Part shown: positions 27,505 to 37,684 of the stretch, piece after piece
How the letters are laid out: every line of letters starts with the position of its first letter
How positions within the stretch are numbered: the stretch's first letter is position 1
Assembly (NCBI GenBank): GCA_045589515.1
Contig: JAZNPH010000090.1
Location: 5,631-69,630 of the forward strand
DNA: 64,000 bases
Reading direction: 5' to 3'
Source of the DNA: Eubacteriales bacterium
Lineage (GTDB): Bacteria > Bacillota > Clostridia > Oscillospirales > CAG-382
Made by a program: the position numbers and the translations under genes
Notes under the pieces: model-generated
Database searches by the model: none
Told to the model about the DNA's origin: nothing
The model's input: only the letters and a program-made list of their open reading frames with translations

Positions 27505-28647
27505 ATGGATATCAAGGATTACAGAGATCAATTGGACGTGCTGGATGCACAGCTTGTGGAGCTGTTCTGCAAGCGTATGGAGATCTGCGGAGACGTGGCC
27601 AGATGGAAGAAGGAAAACGGTAAGCCCATCTTTGACCGCACCCGTGAACGGGACAAGCTGAACACCGTTGGGGAGCTTTCCAAGGAGGAATTTGAGCCCT
27701 ACGTACGGTGTATGTTCCGCTCCTTGTTCGGCTACAGCCGTTCCTACCAGCACAAGCTGTTGGATCCCCCCTCCGCGTTGGCAGAGGAGATCAATCGTGC
27801 ACGGCTGGAGACTCCCGAGCTATTCCCCACGGAGGCTGCCGTGGCTTGTCAGGGGGTAGAGGGTGCTTACTCCTCCTTGGCCTGCGAGAAGCTATTCCGC
27901 GACCCGGAGATCAAGTTCTGTCCCACCTTTGAGGACGTGTTCCAAGCAGTGGACAGCGGAGAGTGCCGCTATGGCATTTTGCCCATCGAAAACAGCACCG
28001 CAGGATCGGTCAAGGCAAATTACGACCTTTTGGTCAAATATCAGTGTAATATCGTCCGCAGTACCCGTTTGCTGGTGAGCCATTGCCTGCTGGCAAAGCC
28101 GGGCGTAAAGCTGCAGGATATCAAAGTCATCTATTCCCACGAGCAGGCCATCGGGCAGTGCTCCAAGTTCCTCTCTTCCCTGTCCGGGGTGGAGGTAAAG
28201 GCCTGCGCCAACACCGCCATGGCTGCACAGATGGTGTCTGCAAGCGAGGATCCCTCCATTGCCGCCATTTCCTCCCGTGCTTGTGCGGAGCTTTACGGGC
28301 TTTCCATTCTAGCGGAAACCATTCAGGATACCGGGGCAAACCGCACACGGTTTATCTGCATTTCCAAAAAGAAGGAGATCTACCCCGGGGCTAATCGTAC
28401 CACACTGATCCTGGTCCTGAAGCACAAGCCCGGCGCTTTGTTCTCCGTTTTGGAACGTTGCAACGAGCTGGGGGTAAATCTGGTGAAGCTGGAAAGCCGA
28501 CCCCTTCCCGAGAGAGATTTTGAGTTTTTGTTCTATCTGGATCTGGACATTCCCGCCGCATCTCCCGCGCTGTACGAGTTGATCGCACTTTTGGAGGCGG
28601 AGACGGAGGAGCTTCGGTATCTGGGCAGTTACCTTGAGGTGGTTTGA
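27505..28647 (+). CDS. pheA: Bifunctional chorismate mutase / prephenate dehydratase
   Basis: N-terminal AroQ-type mutase domain; QGVEGAYS, PIENSTAG, NRTRF; ACT domain with ESRP. Confidence 0.93.
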   Translation: MDIKDYRDQLDVLDAQLVELFCKRMEICGDVARWKKENGKPIFDRTRERDKLNTVGELSKEEFEPYVRCMFRSLFGYSRSYQHKLLDPPSALAEEINRARLETPELFPTEAAVACQGVEGAYSSLACEKLFRDPEIKFCPTFEDVFQAVDSGECRYGILPIENSTAGSVKANYDLLVKYQCNIVRSTRLLVSHCLLAKPGVKLQDIKVIYSHEQAIGQCSKFLSSLSGVEVKACANTAMAAQMVSASEDPSIAAISSRACAELYGLSILAETIQDTGANRTRFICISKKKEIYPGANRTTLILVLKHKPGALFSVLERCNELGVNLVKLESRPLPERDFEFLFYLDLDIPAASPALYELIALLEAETEELRYLGSYLEVV

Positions 28648-29867
28648 TGAAGCCTTTCGGTCTTTTGGGTGAGAAGCTGGGTCACAGCTTTTCTCCCCTG
28701 ATCCATTCCCGCTTTGGGAACTACGAATACCGTTTGTTCCCCACTCCGAAGGAGGAGCTTGGCGCATTTTTAACAAGCGGAAGCTTTGGGAATCTGAACG
28801 TAACCATCCCTTATAAGAAGGCAGTGATCCCCTACTGCAAATCTCTTTCTCCATTGGCGGAGGAAATCGGCAGCGTAAACACCGTCAAGGTGAAGGATGG
28901 GGAGCTTTTCGGCTTCAACACGGATTATTACGGTTTCTGCTATATGCTGGCGGAGGGAAACATTTCCGTCTCGGGCGAGAAATGTGCGGTGATCGGCAAC
29001 GGGGGGGTCGCTCCCACGGTGTGCAAGGCGCTAAAGGATCTTGGCGCACGGGAGATCACGGTGGTGACCAGAGCGCTGAACAACCCCGAGTTTATCGAGA
29101 CCATAGCCGACCACACGGTGGTGGTGAACACCTCTCCCGTTGGGATGTACCCGAACAACGGCCAATCTCCTGTGAACCTGAGACAGTTCAAGGCGTTGAA
29201 GGGTGTGGCGGATCTGATCTACAACCCTTTGAAAACGGCTTTGATGCTCCAAGCAGAGCAATTGGGAGTGCCTTGCGTGGGCGGTTTGCCCATGCTGGTT
29301 GCCCAAGCCAAGCAGGCATCGGAGATCTTCCAAGACGTTAAAATTGACGATGATAAAATTGCTCCTGTTCACAAGGAGATCCATGATCTGTGCGAGACGC
29401 TCTGCCTGATCGGCATGCCGGGGAGCGGAAAGTCCACCTTGGGCAAGCTGCTGGCGGAATCGTTGGGAAAGCAATTTGTGGATACAGACGAATTGATCAT
29501 AGAGATGGCAGGCAAATCCATTCCCGAGATCTTTGCGGAGGATGGCGAAGACGCTTTCCGTGCTTTGGAAACAAGGGCATTGGCGGAAGCTACCGCAAAA
29601 AGCGGCTACGTGGTCGCAACAGGCGGCGGCGTGGTGAAGAGAGCGGAGAACCATCCCCTGCTGAAGCAAAACGGACGGATCATTCTTGTGGAGCGTGGGC
29701 TGGATGAGCTATCCACAGGGGGCAGACCCTTGTCCTCCTCCAGAGAAGCCCTTGAGAAGCTCTACAAGGAGCGCCAGCCGCTTTACGAGGCGTTGGCAGA
29801 TATCGTTGTGCATAACGATAAATCCCCCAAAGAGGGCATTACAGAGCTTCTTGAGAAGCTGTCATAA
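28647..29867 (+). CDS. aroE: Fused shikimate dehydrogenase / shikimate kinase (AroE-AroK)
   Basis: HSFSP, NVTIPYK, NTDYYG, DLIYNP, followed by kinase P-loop GMPGSGKST, FRALE and TGGG. Confidence 0.93.
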   Translation: MKPFGLLGEKLGHSFSPLIHSRFGNYEYRLFPTPKEELGAFLTSGSFGNLNVTIPYKKAVIPYCKSLSPLAEEIGSVNTVKVKDGELFGFNTDYYGFCYMLAEGNISVSGEKCAVIGNGGVAPTVCKALKDLGAREITVVTRALNNPEFIETIADHTVVVNTSPVGMYPNNGQSPVNLRQFKALKGVADLIYNPLKTALMLQAEQLGVPCVGGLPMLVAQAKQASEIFQDVKIDDDKIAPVHKEIHDLCETLCLIGMPGSGKSTLGKLLAESLGKQFVDTDELIIEMAGKSIPEIFAEDGEDAFRALETRALAEATAKSGYVVATGGGVVKRAENHPLLKQNGRIILVERGLDELSTGGRPLSSSREALEKLYKERQPLYEALADIVVHNDKSPKEGITELLEKLS

Positions 29868-29877
29868 TCGGAATACG

Positions 29878-29944
29878 AAAGCCACCCGTTGGGGTGGCTT
29901 TTTTGGATCAAAAAAATCCTCCGCAGATTTCTCTGCGGAGGATC
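29878..29944. terminator. Back-to-back terminators for the aro operon (+) and the convergent large gene (-)
   Basis: AAAGCCACCC-GTTG-GGGTGGCTTTTTT and AAAAAAATCCTCCGCAGA-TTTC-TCTGCGGAGGAT. Confidence 0.8.
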
Positions 29945-29958
29945 TTGCTTTTTGGGAA

Positions 29959-32900
29959 TTAGCCGAGCTCAGGAGCGGGCACGTAGAAGATCATGTTGTT
30001 GATGGATTCCCATGCGGGGAAGTTCTCGTAGATGTGATAACGGAACATTACATGAGCCTTCAGACGAGCGTAGTCCAGAGCACTAACCTTGCAGTCAACG
30101 TTCACGTCAGCAGCAGCCAGCTTCACACCTTCCAGAGTGTAGGTGCCAAGCACGTGGCGCTTCACGTACATGTAGTCGATAGAGTTAACCTTACCGTCGC
30201 CGTTGATATCAGCGATGACAGCAACGTTGAACTCGGTGCCGCAAGCGTCGCATACGAAGGTACAACCGGTACCAACGTACTCGTGGTCAGCCAGCTCCTG
30301 GCCGTTTCTGTAAACGGTGATGGAACCGGAGAAGTTGTTCTTGAATTCGCCAACGGTCATTCTGTCGATCTTAACAACCAGGATGTTGTTGATGAAGGCC
30401 ATGTTCAGAGCGTTGGGCTTCAAAGTGGGATAGTAAACGAAGGTGGAGGTAGTGTTACCTTCCGCGCCGCAGTTGATGCAAACCTCAACGTCGGTGGTGG
30501 GGTTGCAGCAGTTGATGCCCTCGGTGTGAACGTTCTTGTAAACGTGGCCGGAGGTGGGGATGGTAACTACCAGAGTATCGCCGCAAGCAACGCAGGTGTA
30601 GGTCCAGGTGCCTTCGGTGGTGCAGGTGGGAGCAACAAATACGCCGTTCACCAGGTCATATGCATGGCCGGTAGCGGGGATGGTCTCAACAACCTTTTCG
30701 CCGCAGAAGATGCAGACGTAGGTAGCGGAGCCGTCCTTATCGCAGGTTGCATACTCCATATCGATGAGCTCGTAGCTGTGTGCATCGGGGTTGGGATCGG
30801 TGTATCTCTCTTCGTAGGAATCGCATCCTGCGCAGTAGTAGAGATCCAGACCGGGATGCTCACAGGTAGCATCGTGGATGATGTCAACGAACTGATAATC
30901 ATGTGCGCCGGTAGCGTACAGAATCTCGGTGTAGGTATGGCCGCAGTTGTTACACATGTAGGTAACGTAGCCGTCTGCGCCGCAGGTGTTGTCAACGCGA
31001 TCGATCTCAACGTAGTCGTGGCCGAGAGCGGGAACGAAGGCGATCTTGTGGGTCTCACCGCAACCGTACTTACAGGTTACCAGAACGTAGCCCTCTTCAT
31101 CACAGGTGGGATCAACAACGTCGATGATCACAAACAAGTGGTCGGTAGCGGGAGTGTATTCTTCAGAGTAGGAATATCCGCAACGAGAGCAGTAGAAGAT
31201 GAACAGACCGGGAGTAGAGCAGGTGGGCTCTACGATGTCATAGATGAAATCATGCATCAGAGGCTCGCCTACAGTCTCAGTATAGGTAGCACCGCAATCG
31301 GTACAGATGTAGGTGTAGTAGCCTGCTTCGGTACAGGTGGGATCGGTCCAGGAGAGGATGGTCCAAGTATGCACACCGGTGGGAGCGATGTCACGATATT
31401 CTACGCAACCGCAGGTAGCACAGATTCTGTACTCCTTGCCTGCTTCATACTCGGTAGCAGCCTTCTCAACGATCCATTCGCCCCAAGTGTGGCCGAATGC
31501 CTTGTAGATCTTGTCGATTCTGTGCAGGTCGCAACGTACGCACTGAACCAGTCTGAAGCCGTCCTGATCGCAGGTAGCGGGTCTTTCAACCACGTTACCG
31601 CTGAAGTCATGGCCCAAAGCGGGAAGGTCTACAGTATACCAAGCACCACATTCACAGGTATAAGTTTCAATACCGGGTGCAAAGCAGGTGGGTTCGGTAA
31701 CTACGCACTTATAGTCGTGGGGGATCTCAACGTCCCATTCAACGATATAGCAGACCTGGCAACGTCTGGTCAGCTTACCGGTATGACCATTTTCATGCTT
31801 AACAGTGATAACCTCTTCCCAGGTATGGCCAACAGGATCTACAAAATTATCCTTGTAAGAATGATGGCAGATAGAACAGGTATAGGTGGTGTAACCTTCG
31901 TCATCACAATCGGGAGGAGTTACCACGCCACCGTCATAGTCATGATCGTGAGCGGGGATCACAACACCATTTTCAACATAGTCACAGCCGGGGATGGTAC
32001 ACCAGCCGTTCTTCAGACCGTCGGTATCGCAGGTGGGCTCGGTAACGATATCCCACTCCATGATATGGTTAACGGGAGTCAGAACAACGGTGAGGTCGCT
32101 CATAACGTTCTCGTAAGAAACGCTTGCGATGTAGTTCTCGGTGATTGCGGAACCGCCGTGGAAGTAAGGATCCTCAGCGCCGTCGCCTGCAACTACCTTC
32201 TGGGTATCGATCACGTTACCCTTGTCGTCTACGAAGGTAACGGTGTAGGTCTTGAACACTACCAGAGTCAGGGTAACGTCCAGATCGTACTTACCGGTGT
32301 AGATCTTGTTGTACTTAGTCTTAACTGCGTCTACGTAGGTCTCGATGGAGGAGAAGCCGAAAGCCTTGAGAGCCTTGGAGATTCTGTCCTCCAGCTTGGT
32401 GGAGAGAAGCTTGTTCAGAGCAGCGTCAACATAGGACTGGAAGCCCTTGGGGGAGATGCCGTTGCCCAGGATGACAGTGTAGGAACCGTCGCCATTGTAC
32501 AGCTCGCCAATGGTAACGTTCAGTCTCTCGTCAACCTCCAGAATGGAGTAAGCCTTCTTGAGGGCATCCTTCAGCTCTACGGGAAGCTTAGCCTTTGCTT
32601 CCAGGGAGAGGAGCAGCTCCTTCAGCTTGGCGGGCTTGATAGCAGCCAAGTTGAAGTCAACGCCGTATTCCTCTGCCATAGCAGCAAGAACGTAAGCGGG
32701 GATCATAGCGTTTGCATCCAGAGAAAGGATCATGGACTTCAGCTTGTCTGCGCCAACCTTAGCAAGGTCGAAGGAAACAGTCTTAGCCTTCTGGATAGCA
32801 GCCTTTACGTAAACGGAGAACAGGTTTCTCTCGTCGATCACGCGGATCATAGCCTTCAGGTCGTTGGGCTCTGCAAGATCCAGATTGAAGTGATCTGCAA

Positions 32901-34020
32901 TCTTGTTTACCAGAGACTCGAACTGAGCCTCGTAACCCAGTTTCTTTGCAACGTACTCAAGTCTCTCCAGCTTGATCTGGTCGACCAGGTCGCCCAAGGT
33001 CATAGTGTGAAGCTTGTCGCGGAGAACACCGTAGTCGTCGGTAACGTCGGAAGGCAGGAGGTACCCGAGGATCTCGTCGGTATAATCGGAGATGTCCAAG
33101 GTGCCTTCCAGATCAGCGGAGAAGATACCGTCGATCTCGGTAAAGTCGCCGTTGACCTCGACCATGTCAGCCAGCTTCTTAGCGGCGGACTTGATCTTGT
33201 TCAGAGTTGCCTCGGAGCAGTTGATCACGAAGTTCACGGGAACGTCGATCTCAACGCCGCGGCAAGAGAGGGAGAAGTTATAGGTGGCAAGGGTGTTGCC
33301 TTCCATGTTGGCGATGGTAGAGAACTCGATGGGGTTAGCCTTGTAGATCTTAACCAGCGTGCTCCAAATCTCGGAAGGATCTGCCAGATCGTAGATGGTG
33401 TAGCCGTTCACGGTTACTTCATCATACAGAAGCACTGCGCCTGCCAGCAGCTTCAAAGCGCCGAGCACGTCGTAATTCTTAACGATGCTCTTAACAGCCT
33501 CCAAAACGTTGACGTCGTCAGCTGCCTTCAGCACGAAGTTCACGCCTGCAAGGTTGCCCTGCTCATCATATACACGGTTCAGATCGAAGGGGTTCTTAAC
33601 GGTAACGCCCTCCATAGCCTCCAGAACACGGTTCAGAACGTCCTTTGCAGCCTTCTTCATGGTTGCAATGAACATTTCCTTGGCAAATTTCTTAGCTACT
33701 TCGCCGCCGGTTTCGCCCAGGTCGGGAAGCTCGCCGGTCTCAATGGATTCCTTAACGGTCTCCTTGAGCTCTTCCTGTTCCTCGGGAGGCAGGGATTCGT
33801 AGTAGTCTTCGACGGCGTCAACCTGCTCTTTAGTCAGGCCAAGCTCGTCAGCGATGTCTTTGGCTGCATCGATCTGCTCTTCGGTCAGGCCATACTTGTC
33901 CTTCAAATAGTCCCAGTCGATATCATCCGCAGCGGCGGAGACAAGAGACGCGGGAACTGCTGCAACAAGCATCACGACCAAAAGCAGAGAGCTGATCAGT
34001 CTTTTGAATACTGTCTTCAT
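29959..34020 (-). CDS. Large secreted protein: unrecognised N-terminal region, 14 His/Cys repeats, X-module and C-terminal dockerin
   Basis: Signal peptide ending in AAA; repeats H-x(8-11)-TC-x3-G-x5-CxxC; duplicated Ca-binding loops DINGDGKVNSIDY and DVNVDCKVSALDY. Confidence 0.88.
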   Translation of the reverse strand: MKTVFKRLISSLLLVVMLVAAVPASLVSAAADDIDWDYLKDKYGLTEEQIDAAKDIADELGLTKEQVDAVEDYYESLPPEEQEELKETVKESIETGELPDLGETGGEVAKKFAKEMFIATMKKAAKDVLNRVLEAMEGVTVKNPFDLNRVYDEQGNLAGVNFVLKAADDVNVLEAVKSIVKNYDVLGALKLLAGAVLLYDEVTVNGYTIYDLADPSEIWSTLVKIYKANPIEFSTIANMEGNTLATYNFSLSCRGVEIDVPVNFVINCSEATLNKIKSAAKKLADMVEVNGDFTEIDGIFSADLEGTLDISDYTDEILGYLLPSDVTDDYGVLRDKLHTMTLGDLVDQIKLERLEYVAKKLGYEAQFESLVNKIADHFNLDLAEPNDLKAMIRVIDERNLFSVYVKAAIQKAKTVSFDLAKVGADKLKSMILSLDANAMIPAYVLAAMAEEYGVDFNLAAIKPAKLKELLLSLEAKAKLPVELKDALKKAYSILEVDERLNVTIGELYNGDGSYTVILGNGISPKGFQSYVDAALNKLLSTKLEDRISKALKAFGFSSIETYVDAVKTKYNKIYTGKYDLDVTLTLVVFKTYTVTFVDDKGNVIDTQKVVAGDGAEDPYFHGGSAITENYIASVSYENVMSDLTVVLTPVNHIMEWDIVTEPTCDTDGLKNGWCTIPGCDYVENGVVIPAHDHDYDGGVVTPPDCDDEGYTTYTCSICHHSYKDNFVDPVGHTWEEVITVKHENGHTGKLTRRCQVCYIVEWDVEIPHDYKCVVTEPTCFAPGIETYTCECGAWYTVDLPALGHDFSGNVVERPATCDQDGFRLVQCVRCDLHRIDKIYKAFGHTWGEWIVEKAATEYEAGKEYRICATCGCVEYRDIAPTGVHTWTILSWTDPTCTEAGYYTYICTDCGATYTETVGEPLMHDFIYDIVEPTCSTPGLFIFYCSRCGYSYSEEYTPATDHLFVIIDVVDPTCDEEGYVLVTCKYGCGETHKIAFVPALGHDYVEIDRVDNTCGADGYVTYMCNNCGHTYTEILYATGAHDYQFVDIIHDATCEHPGLDLYYCAGCDSYEERYTDPNPDAHSYELIDMEYATCDKDGSATYVCIFCGEKVVETIPATGHAYDLVNGVFVAPTCTTEGTWTYTCVACGDTLVVTIPTSGHVYKNVHTEGINCCNPTTDVEVCINCGAEGNTTSTFVYYPTLKPNALNMAFINNILVVKIDRMTVGEFKNNFSGSITVYRNGQELADHEYVGTGCTFVCDACGTEFNVAVIADINGDGKVNSIDYMYVKRHVLGTYTLEGVKLAAADVNVDCKVSALDYARLKAHVMFRYHIYENFPAWESINNMIFYVPAPELG
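30440..32067 (-). repeat. Array of 14 degenerate ~38-aa His/Cys (putative Zn-binding) protein repeats
   Basis: Counted in the translation from HIMEWDIVTEPTC to HVYKNVHTEGINC. Confidence 0.85.
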
Positions 34021-34108
34021 AGCATCCTCACTTATATAAATTAATTTTTTTGCATAAGTTAAACCTGACCTTGTACCCCCAAAGTAAGGTCATCCTAATA
34101 CATACTCC

Positions 34109-34137
34109 ATTATATACCCTTTTTCAAAGATTGTCAA
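34109..34137 (-). promoter_or_regulatory. Perfect consensus sigma-70 promoter of the 1353-aa dockerin protein
   Basis: Minus strand TTGACA-N17-TATAAT; the leader has a TGACCTT...AAGGTCA stem. Confidence 0.85.
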
Positions 34138-34303
34138 CCTCTTTTCTAAGATTTCTTTCTTGCAAACTCGGAAATAATTACCAAAGGTTTTACCGTTTTT
34201 TTGTCAAATTCGTCATATACTCTCTTTTGCATTGCATAAACGCAGAAAAAGAACGGACGGAGCGTATCTCCATCCGTTCGTGAATTTTTTTATGCGTTTC
34301 GGG

Positions 34304-35272
34304 TTATACCCACCACATACCGGTGGGCTTGGGATCCTTGATAATAGCCTGCTTCAGGAAGTAAGCGGCCTTCTCCAAACCCTCCACGTTGGTCATAATG
34401 CTGTCCTCATGCTCGATGGACAGGATATCGTCATATCCCACAAGGCGAAGATTGCTGATGAAGTCTCTCCAATACTGCATATCATTGCCATAGCCCACGG
34501 AGCGGAACACCCAAGAGCGGTGAAGCTCGTCTGCATAGGGCTTGGTATCCAGCACGCCGTTGACAGCGGTGTTCAGGCCGTCCACCTTGGTGTCCTTGGC
34601 GTGAACGTGGTAAATCGCGTCGCCCAGAGTGCGGATGGCGGCAACGGGGTCGATCCCCTGCCAGATCAGGTGAGAGGGGTCCATGTTGGCGCCGATGAGG
34701 TTGCCCACCTCGCTGCGCAGGTGCAACAGGGTCTCGGGGTTATACACGCAGAAGCCGGGATGCATCTCCAAAGCGATCTTCTCAATGCCGTGGGCTTCGG
34801 CAAACTGCACCTCTTCCTTCCAATAAGGAACCAGCACTTCCTCCCACTGCCATTTCAGCAGATCGGAGAAATCGTTGGGCCAGGGGCAGGTAACCCAGTT
34901 GGGATACTTGGCATCCAGACTGTCGCCGGGACAGCCGGAGAAGCCGATGATCTTCTTGATCCCCAGTTTTTCGCAAAGGAGGATGGTATTTCGGAAATCC
35001 TCACGATAGCTCTCGCGAGTGGCCTTGTCGGGATGGACGGGGTTGCCGTGGCAGCTGAGGGTGTTGATGGGCAGACCGTGGGCGGCGATGGTCTCTTTGA
35101 AGGATTCCAAGGCCTTTTCGTCCTTCAGAAGAACGGCGGGGTCGCAATGGGCTTTGCCGGGATAACCGCCTGCGCCGATCTCCAATTCCTCAATACCGAT
35201 GGATTTCAGATAAGGAAGCACCTTGTCCAGCGGTTGATCGCCGAACAAAACTGCACATACACCTAATTTCAT
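34304..35272 (-). CDS. Sugar phosphate isomerase/epimerase (xylose-isomerase-like TIM barrel)
   Basis: SCHGNPVHP, ALEMHPG, DPSHLIWQG, HVHAKD, SIEHED. Confidence 0.9.
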   Translation of the reverse strand: MKLGVCAVLFGDQPLDKVLPYLKSIGIEELEIGAGGYPGKAHCDPAVLLKDEKALESFKETIAAHGLPINTLSCHGNPVHPDKATRESYREDFRNTILLCEKLGIKKIIGFSGCPGDSLDAKYPNWVTCPWPNDFSDLLKWQWEEVLVPYWKEEVQFAEAHGIEKIALEMHPGFCVYNPETLLHLRSEVGNLIGANMDPSHLIWQGIDPVAAIRTLGDAIYHVHAKDTKVDGLNTAVNGVLDTKPYADELHRSWVFRSVGYGNDMQYWRDFISNLRLVGYDDILSIEHEDSIMTNVEGLEKAAYFLKQAIIKDPKPTGMWWV

Positions 35273-35289
35273 GGAGCATTTCCTTCCTA

Positions 35290-36378
35290 TTAATTAAAGT
35301 AGTAGGGCTCACCGGTCTTGGCGGAGACGTAGATACCCTCCAGAATGCGGCTGACAACCAATGCCTGCTCGGGAAGAACGAAGGGATCGGTGTCGTTGAT
35401 CACGGCGTTGAGCCACAGACGTGCCTCGTTGTCATGGGGAGAGCCTGCGCCTGCGCCCTCGTAGAAGGCTACGCCGCCTGCGGACAGGTCGGGCTTCAGA
35501 ACGTACTGTCTGCCGTTGCGGATGCCGTTGATACGTACGCCGCCCTCCATGTCAGCACCGCCGTCGGTGCCGCAAAGGGTGGTAACAGCCTCGCGAACAT
35601 CCAGAGAGTTCAACGCCCAGCTGGATTCCAAAACCACGGTAGCGCCGTTTTCCATGACGATGAAGCCGAAGGCGGAATCCTCAACGGTAAGCTCGCCGGG
35701 CTTCCAGTCGCCCCAAGCGTTGCCGGTGGGGAACTTATCGCCCAGCTTGTGGTATACGGTACCAACGCAATACTTGGGCTTGTAGTTATCCATGCACCAC
35801 AGGGTCAAGTCAAGAGCATGGGTGCCGATATCGATGAGGGGACCGCCGCCCTGCTCGTATTCGTTCATGAACACGCCCCAAGTGGGAACGGCTCTGCGAC
35901 GAATGGCGGTAGCTTTGGCGTAGTAGATCTCGCCGAGAGTGCCGTCCTCGCATTCCTTCTTGATATACATGGAATCGGGGCGGTGGCGGTTCTGGTAGCC
36001 GATGGTCAGCTTCTTGCCGGTGCGCTTTGCGGCATCCAGCATCTTCTGTGCTTCCTCGGAGTTGATGGCCATGGGCTTTTCGCACATAACGTGCTTCCCT
36101 GCTTCCAGAGCATCTACGGTGATGAAGCTGTGGGAGCGGTTGGGGGTACAAACGTGAACCACGTCGATGGTCTCGTCCGCTAAAAGCTCCTTATAGTCAG
36201 TGCAGACCTTGGCGTCGGGGGTGCCGTACTTCTTGGCGGCCTCTTCAGCGCGGGAAAGCACCACGTCACAGAAATATACCATTTCCGCCAGGTCAGAGCA
36301 GTTCTTCAATGCGGGCATATGCTTGCCGTTGGCAATGCCGCCGCAACCGATGATACCGATTCTCAATTTCTTATCCAT
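35290..36378 (-). CDS. Gfo/Idh/MocA family oxidoreductase
   Basis: IGIIGCGGIA, CTPNRSH, HVMCEKPM, GGGPLIDIGTH. Confidence 0.93.
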   Translation of the reverse strand: MDKKLRIGIIGCGGIANGKHMPALKNCSDLAEMVYFCDVVLSRAEEAAKKYGTPDAKVCTDYKELLADETIDVVHVCTPNRSHSFITVDALEAGKHVMCEKPMAINSEEAQKMLDAAKRTGKKLTIGYQNRHRPDSMYIKKECEDGTLGEIYYAKATAIRRRAVPTWGVFMNEYEQGGGPLIDIGTHALDLTLWCMDNYKPKYCVGTVYHKLGDKFPTGNAWGDWKPGELTVEDSAFGFIVMENGATVVLESSWALNSLDVREAVTTLCGTDGGADMEGGVRINGIRNGRQYVLKPDLSAGGVAFYEGAGAGSPHDNEARLWLNAVINDTDPFVLPEQALVVSRILEGIYVSAKTGEPYYFN

Positions 36379-36399
36379 TGTAAATCTCCTTTGGATTAT

Positions 36400-36738
36400 T
36401 TAATCGCGGTAATATTTATAGTAAGCAAGGATGGTTCTTTCCTTACCTTCTACCTTATCAAAGCCCGTGAGGGTGGCTCCCTCCAAGGAAAGGAACTCCC
36501 ATGCGTGCAGTTCCGAGGCGGTGGTGACAAACAGAGTCTTGTCCCCCGAGATCACGCTGAACTCCCCTTCGAAATAGCTGAGCACGCCGCCCTTGCCGAT
36601 GACCCGCTCCACACCGTTCTCTTCCCTCTCCAGAATGTAGCGGAGAGAGCGGCCGTCCAGTTTCTTTGCCATCCACAGACGGAATTCCACACTATCGGTG
36701 TTCTTGGGCGGTTTATCTTTTTTCTTCCAGCCGAACAT
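36400..36738 (-). CDS. Conserved hypothetical protein (112 aa)
   Basis: Co-directional ORF overlapping the glycosyltransferase stop; AGGAG RBS; typical codon usage. Confidence 0.7.
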   Translation of the reverse strand: MFGWKKKDKPPKNTDSVEFRLWMAKKLDGRSLRYILEREENGVERVIGKGGVLSYFEGEFSVISGDKTLFVTTASELHAWEFLSLEGATLTGFDKVEGKERTILAYYKYYRD

Positions 36739-37684
36739 CTTTCTTCTCCTTCAGGTCGTTTTCCGTCTCCTTGGACAGGTAAATGGGACGGTGCTTGCTT
36801 TCCAGATAGGTTTTGGACAGATAGCCCCCCAAAATACCGATGGAAAACTCCAAAGCACCACCCACAAACAGGATAACGCACATCATGGACGCCCAACCGA
36901 AGGCGGAATCCACACCCAAAAGGGCGCGGATAATGACCACCAAAATGCCAATGAAGGCGGCAAAGCAGAACATAAAGCCCATCACCGAAGCGATGGCCAG
37001 GGGTGCGGTGGAGAAAGCAATGATACATTCCAGGGAATACTTGAACAGCTTCCAGAAGGAGAACTTGGTCTTCCCCGCACTGCGCTCCACGTTCTCGTAG
37101 GAGATCCACTCCGTCTCGTAGCCCACCCACTCGAAGATGCCCTTGGAGAAGCGGTTGTACTCGCAAAGGGACATGATGGAATCCGCCATACGACGGGACA
37201 TGAGACGGTAGTCTCTTGCCGCGGGCACCAATCGCACGTTGGAGATGCGGTTGATCATTTTATAAAAAACGTTTGCAAAAAAGCTTCTGATGGGAGGTTC
37301 CCCCTTGCGGGAGGAACGACGGGTACCGATGCTGTCGCACCCCTTCTCCTTCAAAAGAGCCATCATACGGGGCAGGAGGGAGGGGGGATCCTGGAGATCC
37401 GCATCCATATACACAACGTAGTCCCCGCGGGAGGCCTGCAAAAGGGCGTACATGGCGGCTTCCTTGCCGAAATTGCGGGTAAAGGAAACGTAACGGAAGC
37501 GCTCGTCCGCGGCGGCGTATTCCCGCAACAGCTTCAGAGTACCGTCCTTAGAGCCGTCGTCCGCAAAAATCACCTCAAAGGCGTATTCCGGCATGGTGTC
37601 CATCACCCGTAAGATCTCATCACGGAAAAGAGGCAGGGATTCTTCCTCGTTAAAACAAGGAACCATAACGCTGATCAGTTCCAT
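36713..37684 (-). CDS. GT2 glycosyltransferase (GtrB/CsbB-like polyprenol-phosphate glycosyltransferase)
   Basis: VPCFNEE, DDGSKD, RNFGKEAA, MDADLQDPP, two C-terminal TM helices. Confidence 0.92.
   Translation of the reverse strand: MELISVMVPCFNEEESLPLFRDEILRVMDTMPEYAFEVIFADDGSKDGTLKLLREYAAADERFRYVSFTRNFGKEAAMYALLQASRGDYVVYMDADLQDPPSLLPRMMALLKEKGCDSIGTRRSSRKGEPPIRSFFANVFYKMINRISNVRLVPAARDYRLMSRRMADSIMSLCEYNRFSKGIFEWVGYETEWISYENVERSAGKTKFSFWKLFKYSLECIIAFSTAPLAIASVMGFMFCFAAFIGILVVIIRALLGVDSAFGWASMMCVILFVGGALEFSIGILGGYLSKTYLESKHRPIYLSKETENDLKEKKDVRLEEKR

Noticed and set aside
31855-31885. CSICH as a c-type heme motif (multiheme cytochrome idea)
   Set aside because: Only one of 14 repeats has CxxCH; the others are CxxCG/D/Y-type, which fits metal-binding repeats better.
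29686-34044. 1452-aa plus-strand ORF
   Set aside because: Antisense shadow of the dockerin protein; no motifs.
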